Origin: Neoechinorhynchus agilis
Taxonomy: Eukaryota; Animalia; Acanthocephala
Direction: 5' to 3'
Length of the DNA: 64,000 bases
NCBI GenBank assembly: GCA_051530055.1
Contig: CM121342.1
Location: forward strand, 1 to 64,000
The position numbers and the translations under genes are program-made. The notes beneath the pieces are model-generated. The model was not told where the DNA came from. It did not search any database and saw nothing but the letters and a program-made list of their open reading frames with translations. Of this stretch, positions 57,302 through 64,000 are shown piece after piece (positions within the stretch are counted from its first letter, which is position 1; the number at the start of each line of letters is the position of its first letter).

Positions 57302-57659
57302 GTGCTAAAGACACAGTTCACCAGTCCATATCCCCGAGTAACGCAATAGTACACAGGTTTGATCGAGAATGCTTCAAAAATGACAACGCCTATACTTTAA
57401 AGTGCGATACTTCTTATGCTGTGACGACTATGATGGTCCGGTCAACAACTTTAAAGTAAGATGGCGCGATCGAGAAGCATGTGATGTGTGCTATGACGTG
57501 ATAATAGGGGGATATCCGGTGTGAAACTTAAAGTCTCGTGACGTAAGCAATGTAAATGTGTTGAACGGGGTTCAAAACCTGGGTATATATGAGGGACACC
57601 CTCCATCGGGGTCCCTCTCTGGCCAAAGCATAGGACAGGCTATGCAAGATGGTGCTTGA

Positions 57660-58480
57660 CGATGACGTAATTGATAGCTCTCTGAGCGCGATAGAGAAGC
57701 ATGTGACAAAAAAGGGTTCATGATAGTGTAACGTAATTCAAAGCCCTATGAGCTGTGCCGAGTAGCGTGCGGTGCAAAAAGGTTCATGTTGGTGACGTAA
57801 TTGTTGTTTCTCTGAGCATGACAGAGAAGCATGTAGCATAACAAGGGTTCATGCTGGTGTGACATAATTGAAGGCTCGATGAGCTGGGTCGAGAATCGTG
57901 CGGTATAAAAAGGTTCACGTTGTTGACCTAATTGATAGCTCTCTGAGAACGACAGAGAAGCATGTGGTGAAAAGGGTTCATGATGGTGTGACGTAATTGA
58001 AAGCTCTATGAGTTGGTCCGAGTAGCCTGCGGTGCAAAAAGGTTCACGTTGTGGACCTAATTGATAGCTCTCTGAGCGCGACAGAGAAGCATATGGTGAA
58101 AAGGGTTCATGATGGTTTGACATAATTGAAAGCTCTATGAGCTGGGCAGAGAAGCTAAAGGTGTCAGTTATGTGACGTCATTGAAAGCTCTCTGTACATG
58201 GCAGAGAAGCATGTGGCATAAAAAGGGTTCATGTTGGTGTGACATGATTGAAAGCTCTATGAGCTGGGCCGCGAAGCGTGCGGTGCAAAAAGGTTAATAT
58301 TGTTGACCTAATTGATAGCTCCCTGAGCGCGACAGATATGTATGTGGTAAAAAAGGGTTAATGCTGGTGTGACGTAATTGAAAGCTCGCTGAGCACGGCA
58401 GAGAAGCTAAAGGTGTCAGCTCTGTGACGTCCTTGAAAGCTCTGTGAGCGCGACAGAGAAGCATGTGGCATAAAAAGGTT
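57660..58480 (+). repeat. rDNA IGS subrepeat array, ~60-65 bp units, about 13 copies of alternating types
   Basis: TGACGTAATTGA(T/A)AGCTCT(C/A)TGAG...GAGAAGC...AAAGGTTCA(T/C)G motif, downstream of the 28S end. Confidence 0.85.
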
Positions 58481-58667
58481 AATGATGGTGTTGGCGGAAA
58501 TGCCTATTGATGGCGTTATGTGCACGTGAAAAATTATCTCACCTACGGGCCAGTTAGAACTTTGGATGACTCATATAAATGGCGTAAACGGATGTATAAT
58601 ATCTTTCTTGGTTGAAGTAGAGATGTTTAGTGTTTCGGTTTCAAACCAAAACTGTGGTTTTGCAAAC

Positions 58668-60770
58668 GTTGTAATTGTGAAGGTATTTGAGTCGGTTAAA
58701 TATTGATCGTGCGTTCTACTATCGAGTAGATAATGAGTCGTGTAAGATGAGGAGAGTACACGTTGTTGCATCATACTTTTATTAACAGAATTAACATGAA
58801 AGTCACGTTCTCAGTTCGCATGGGAGACTCCGCTGAACTAAAGCATATCAATAAGCGGAAGAAAAGAAACCAACTAGGATTCGAATAGTAATGGCAAATG
58901 AACAGGGAGAAGTTCATAATTGAATCGCGCTGACTTGTCAGCTGCGAATTTTTGTGTACGATCAGTTTGTGGGTTCAGTTGCGTGGTAATTAGTCCAGGT
59001 TGAATACGGCTTTGGCCGAAGAGGGTGACAGTCCCGTATTTGCTAGGTCTTGGCTACTGTTCCCTAGAACTGATTTGTGAGTCGAATTGTTTGAGATTGC
59101 AATTCAAATATATCTGGTAAACTCCATACAAAACTAAATACGACGACGGTACCGATAGCGAAGAAGTACCGTGAGGGAAAGTTGAAAAGGACTTTGAAAA
59201 GAGAGTTAAATAATACGTGAAACTGCACATTGAAAAGCAAATGGGTACGCATAAGGTTCGGTCTTGGCAATTAAGATGTGTTATCTGCTGGTACATACAC
59301 ACACTCGTATATGTGCACTGCAGTGCACATCGCAATTTGTTGGCTGACGCTCTGCATGACTTTTCCTCTGCCGCAGACGAGTTGAACTTCACCTATTTAC
59401 TTTGTCTATATTGGTGAATGGACATTGGATTAGTTCGCAAGAGCACATATCCATGTGGTGGTCAAATTGCCTTTGCAGGACGAATTATGCTTGAACTATT
59501 CTCAAACTTTAAATGGGTAATAAGCTCGGTAACTTCTTCACAGTTACTTATGCTGCTGAGTGTCGGGTGTAAATGCGATGGTACCAAGTGGGCCATTTTT
59601 TGTAAGCAGAACTGGCGATGTGGGAAGAACCAAAAGTTGAGCTAGGGTGCCGAAAGTGCTTCTCATGAGATACCATGAAAGGTGTCAGTCGATATTGACA
59701 GCAGGACGGTGGCCGCAGAAGTAGGAATCCGCTAAGGAGTGTGTAAGAACTCACCTGCCGTATCGACTGGCCCTGAAAATGGATGGGGCTGGAGACGTAT
59801 ATCCATGCTTGACCGTCGATGCCAGACACAAATGTACAAATGGCTTGACGTGTAGAAGGGCGTATGCGGTGGTGTTGAAACTTGCACCGAGAGGTGGAGA
59901 TGAGCCGCCGCTAGTGCAGATCTTGGTGGTAGTAGCAATTATTCAAATGAGAGCATTGAAGACTGAAGTGGAGAAAGGTTCCATTTGAACAACATTTGGA
60001 CATGGATCAGCCGATCCTAAGAAAACGTGCAAATTCGTGATTAAGCGTGTTGCATTGCGCAATACAATCGAAAGGGAATCGGGTTAATATTCGTGAGCCA
60101 GGATGCGGTTTATGCTTGATCTATTCAGATATTCTTCTTGGGCAGATGATGTTCAGCATAAGTGGTGACACGATCAATCCCAGAGAATAATTATACGAAG
60201 TCTGGGGAAGAGTTTTCTCTTCTTTGTTAGGAACTTTATCCCTGGAATTAGATCGTCTGTTGATAGGGTACACGTTCCGTAATGCAGCGCGATTCCTGCG
60301 ATGTACCGAGCGCTTCGTATTGTCCTTGAAAATCTGGGTGCGAGAATATTCAGACCGTACCAGTTCGTACTGATTTCCGCAGCAGGTCTCCAAGGTGAGT
60401 AGCCTCTAGTCTATAGGGAAACGTAGGCCAGGGAAGTCGGCAAATTAGATCCGTAACTTCGGAAAGAGGATTGGCTCTACAAACTGAGTTGGCTGGGCTG
60501 TCGCGAGAAGCGGTATGTTGTCGACTCTTGGATCTGTCTCAGTTATTTGCTCTTGCGAAAGAGTCGATTTCGAGGACGGAACGTGGTGCTGCGTACTGTG
60601 AGAAGCGATAGCTATGCTCCGCGTTTGTTCGGCGTATCCAAACGGGCACGCTCGCTTCTTGCGCGGGATCCAATCAGCGTTAAACGGCTGGCCTAGAACT
60701 GGTATGGACAAGGGGGATATAACTGTTTAATTAAAACAAAGCATTGCGATAGCTGTAATCGGTGTTGACG

Positions 60771-60801
<31 letters not shown>

Positions 60802-60820
60802 TAAAGTGAAGAAATTTTAA
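58668..60820 (+). pseudogene. 28S: ITS2 tail plus 28S 5' portion with a ~600-nt internal deletion, ending ~45 nt before the R2 site
   Basis: Collinear with ~2370-5135; jumps from the ~3183 to the ~3790 equivalent near 59480; joined directly to IGS without ETS, 18S or 5.8S. Confidence 0.92.
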
Positions 60821-61199
60821 ACAAGCTAAAATCAAAGGACAACTACTGCGAAAACCGAAATTTCGAGGAACTCTTCCTTGAGGAGATTTTCTGACTGTCA
60901 GGTTTGAGGCTTGTATCTCGCTATAGATACCTGCAAGATATAACTGATAAAAGTCTGAGCTCTGCTCATTGTATTGTTTGCCCGAGCACTGCCCTATTAA
61001 CCTGCCACTCACTCGCTCCCGCAAGGAGGTTTTATTTTGAGCCAAAGACGTGGTTTTGGGGTTTTCAATACAGCCGGTTTCATTTTCAAATTATATCAGT
61101 TTTTTATCCAATCGTCGAGCTTCCGAGATAGGAACACCTCGTGAGTTTTAAGAAATAATCACACTCAAGTCACTTTAATCAGTATCTTATTCTAACACC

Positions 61200-62160
61200 T
61201 TGATGAATTCCTTAGAAGCGCCCGGAAGCGCAGAAATTTTAGAAATCGAGGTTTTATAGAGCCCCGGCAGTCAGAAGGTGAGCGTTGGTCGCTAATCACG
61301 GTAGCGGAAGTCGAGGACGCAATCAAGAGGTTGAAGACTTCCAGCGCTCCTGGACCAGATCGGATAACGGTCAAGGACGTACGTGCCTTTGACCCGCGTC
61401 TGCTGGGCATGACAATGTTATCCAACTTTGTCATGTAGCACGGTTGCCCACCACAATCGTGGCGTGAGGCAAAAACTATCCTACTTCCGAAATCAAAAGC
61501 ACCACCGACGAAGCTAATAACGCAGGAAGGGTGGCGACGGATAACAATTTCATCTATCATAATGCGTATTTTGCATCGAATCCTCCTGAAGAGGCTTCGA
61601 CCGGTATGTGACCTTGAGGGGGGGCAAACTGCATTTGAATCATTTGCCTGTATGGCATATCTCCTAACTCTTCGAAGCATCATGAAGGAAAAAAGACTGA
61701 GAAGGAAACCTCTTGCAGTCGCGGTCCTAGATATCAAGAGTGCGTTTGACTCGGTATCTCATGAGGCTGTGAAAGAGGCACTGCGGGAAGAAGGTTGCCC
61801 CACCTACTTGCGAAGATACGTGATGGGGACCTATGAAGAAAGTTTCACGAGAATCAGAATGAACAACGAGCAGCCCTCGAGGCCCATTCACTTTGCGAGG
61901 GGAGTACGACAGGGAGAACCTCTCACCTCTACTTTTTGCAATGATAGTCGATGATGCGTTGCGCCAGGTAAGTAGGCTTGGGCTTGGCTGCTCATTGCGA
62001 AACGAGGAACGTCTCGCTCACATGACCTACGCCGATGATGTTATCCTCCTGGCCGACGACGCTGAAAGCCTGCAGAAGATGATTGAGATTTTACAAGTGA
62101 AGTTGGCATTGAAGAGGCTATGTCTTAACGCTTCAAAATGCCTGATATATAGGCAGACGG
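61200..62160 (+). mobile_element. R2-like RT fragment (lineage G)
   Basis: GPDRIT, WRRITISS, LDIKSAFDSVSH, GVRQG, HMTYADD. Confidence 0.88.
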
Positions 62161-62164
62161 TAAG

Positions 62165-63900
62165 ACATTTAGAGGAGCAAAACGCTTGAATGTGAGAAAT
62201 TTCGTTAGAAGTGATTGAGGGTGTCGATGAATGTGTAATGATTCTAAGATCATCAGCATGCATGAAGTATTTAGAATAAGATCGTTCAGAAAAATGTTGA
62301 AAAGAATGGGGGAGAGAACAGCCCCTTGGAAAAACTCCCTTCTTGATTGCTAAGGTGTTCGAGGCGATGCTCACTATTTCGATAAATTGTAATCTATTGT
62401 TTAGAATGCTTAGATGTTCAAGACCAAGAGAGTGAAGATTTGCTATCATTGTATCAATCTCCTGTGATGCCATTTGTAGATTGGCTGAGGTAGGATGTTA
62501 GATGCCGATAATGGTTAAATTTCGGCTGCCTGGGCGAAGTTTGAGAGAGAGCGTTATGTTGATTTATTCTGAGTATGGTGATGGGTAAGGAGTTGAGGGA
62601 GAGAGGGAGTAAGGGAAGGTCGGACCCAATGAAAATGGTGACGTGGAAAGACGTGTAGCCAAGGATCAAAGCGGTGACGGAATTGGAGGAGTGTAGCTAT
62701 GTTTCCACAATGACTAGAATGTCTCCGTTGGTGGTAGTGGCTGAAGGTGAAGGATGATCTATTTTTGGTAACAAAATTCTTATGTCAGTGAAAGAAAATG
62801 GAGGGAAATGGCTGTTTGAAAGAGCTTGAAGGGGGATGTAGTTTGCGAGAGTTGATTGTTGGGAGTGTTGGGTGGATATGTTTCTGAGCGGATTTTGAGC
62901 GAGTGGCAATGTTTGATTCTGCCAACGTACAGTTGTGAATTTTGGAGATGTCCAAAAATTTACATGTGAGTGTTGAGAGTATGTTTTGGATTGTAATAAG
63001 TTAGCGGAAGGGGAGAGAAGACGGTTATGCATAGGCGAATGATGGATGGAATTTACAGTTTGAAGTTAGCGGTCTTGGTATATTCGGTACGGTAGGGAGG
63101 AATTGACAAGTAAGAAGCGCTTTTGAAGAAAGGAGGATGCGGTGTTTGGAAGATGGAAAGTGATTTTGAATTGACGATTAAGGGAGTTTTTGGAGTTTTT
63201 GTTGGGGATGCGCTGAAAGGAGACCGGGGAAGAAAAATAAAAAAGAATGCAGGAATGAGCTGTCGACAGACAGTATTAAGGTGATGAATGTAGTGTTTCT
63301 GAAGGTCTAATTTGGATAATGTTGTGATTTCGGGGATACTGGAGAGGAAGATGTTATGTGTAGTTCCGTAGTTGAATGATATATTATGATAGGGTTTGTT
63401 GCTAGAGGCCTGTTCCGGTGTTTGTTGAGGAAGATTGGTTTTGCGATAGGCATCAGTGGTAGAGGTGTATGGATGTTTTCGAACTAAAGGTCTTGTGGGA
63501 GAATTTTTTGCGTAAATAATCAAAGAAGGCGGGGAATTTTAATATAGTTTGGTGGACAGTTTTGAGCGAGTTAGGTGGAGAGTTTTGAGAGCTTCGAAAA
63601 GTTTGGGAGCAGGTGGGGATTTTTAGGAGAGGTGGGGCGAATTCAGAGCAACGGGAGATGATGGCAGGGGTGGAGAAGGTGTATCATTACCGAAATGAAT
63701 CACAGGGGTGATTGTTTTTGAGAGTATTCCTCCTGTTGTTCTTGTTTCCAGTCGTTCAGACGTTTCTTCGATCTTTTGTTTGACCGTAGCTATCTTGGTA
63801 GTTACTGAAGGTGAATCGCTTTCGCTTTTCCTATCGTTACCTTTTATTCAATTCACAATATCATACTCCACAGCAATTTTAGGGTCAAGTACTACATGCT
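62165..63900 (-). mobile_element. Decayed CR1/L2-like LINE pieces
   Basis: LNNRLQ..MHADDLRI RT piece matching 27990-28340; DILVIVET endonuclease remnant. The distal part is only compositionally similar to 45000-46240. Confidence 0.55.
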
Positions 63901-64000
63901 GAGTATCCTCTAAGGCTGGTTGGTACCAAATCCCAAGTAATTGTCGAAATATTCGCAGTGACCGCTTCACTATCCGATTTCAGTAAACCTTTAATTTGTT

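Noticed and set aside
60830-61200. Unassigned sequence between truncated 28S and RT fragment G as a new insertion site about 45 nt upstream of the R2 site
   Set aside because: Single occurrence, no downstream 28S flank and no recognisable element end.

Overview
Eukaryotic (animal) DNA: a scrambled rDNA and retroelement graveyard with no intact host gene. It contains two partial 18S-ITS1-5.8S-ITS2-28S units, one 28S 3' half followed by IGS subrepeats, and many short 28S fragments on both strands. The dominant element is an R2-like non-LTR retrotransposon (RT plus restriction-like endonuclease) present as several diverged lineages. All visible 3' junctions sit at the classical R2 site (|TAGCCAAATGCC), and no uninterrupted target site remains in the window. 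One copy (11486-15697) keeps a 1113-aa ORF. These elements are unusual in four ways: (i) an OTU-like segment lacking the catalytic DGNC motif lies between four zinc fingers and the RT; (ii) there is essentially no 5'UTR, and in the best copy the ORF is in frame with the ATG of the flanking 28S sequence; (iii) seven 3' ends read AATAAAT-N7|TAGC(C/A) with no poly(A); (iv) there are internally deleted derivatives with both ends intact, and stacked 3' ends separated by 28S downstream flank. A second system is a set of Penelope-type minimal hammerhead ribozymes, two of them in small fold-back inserts flanked by 11-12 bp direct repeats. Also present: four Ty3/gypsy pieces (one with both 117-bp LTRs, nested in an R2 copy), RTE-like and CR1-like LINE fragments, a Penelope-like RT, and 454-bp and 92-bp tandem repeats. 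All alignments were made by eye, so boundaries of decayed pieces are approximate. The host taxon was not determined.
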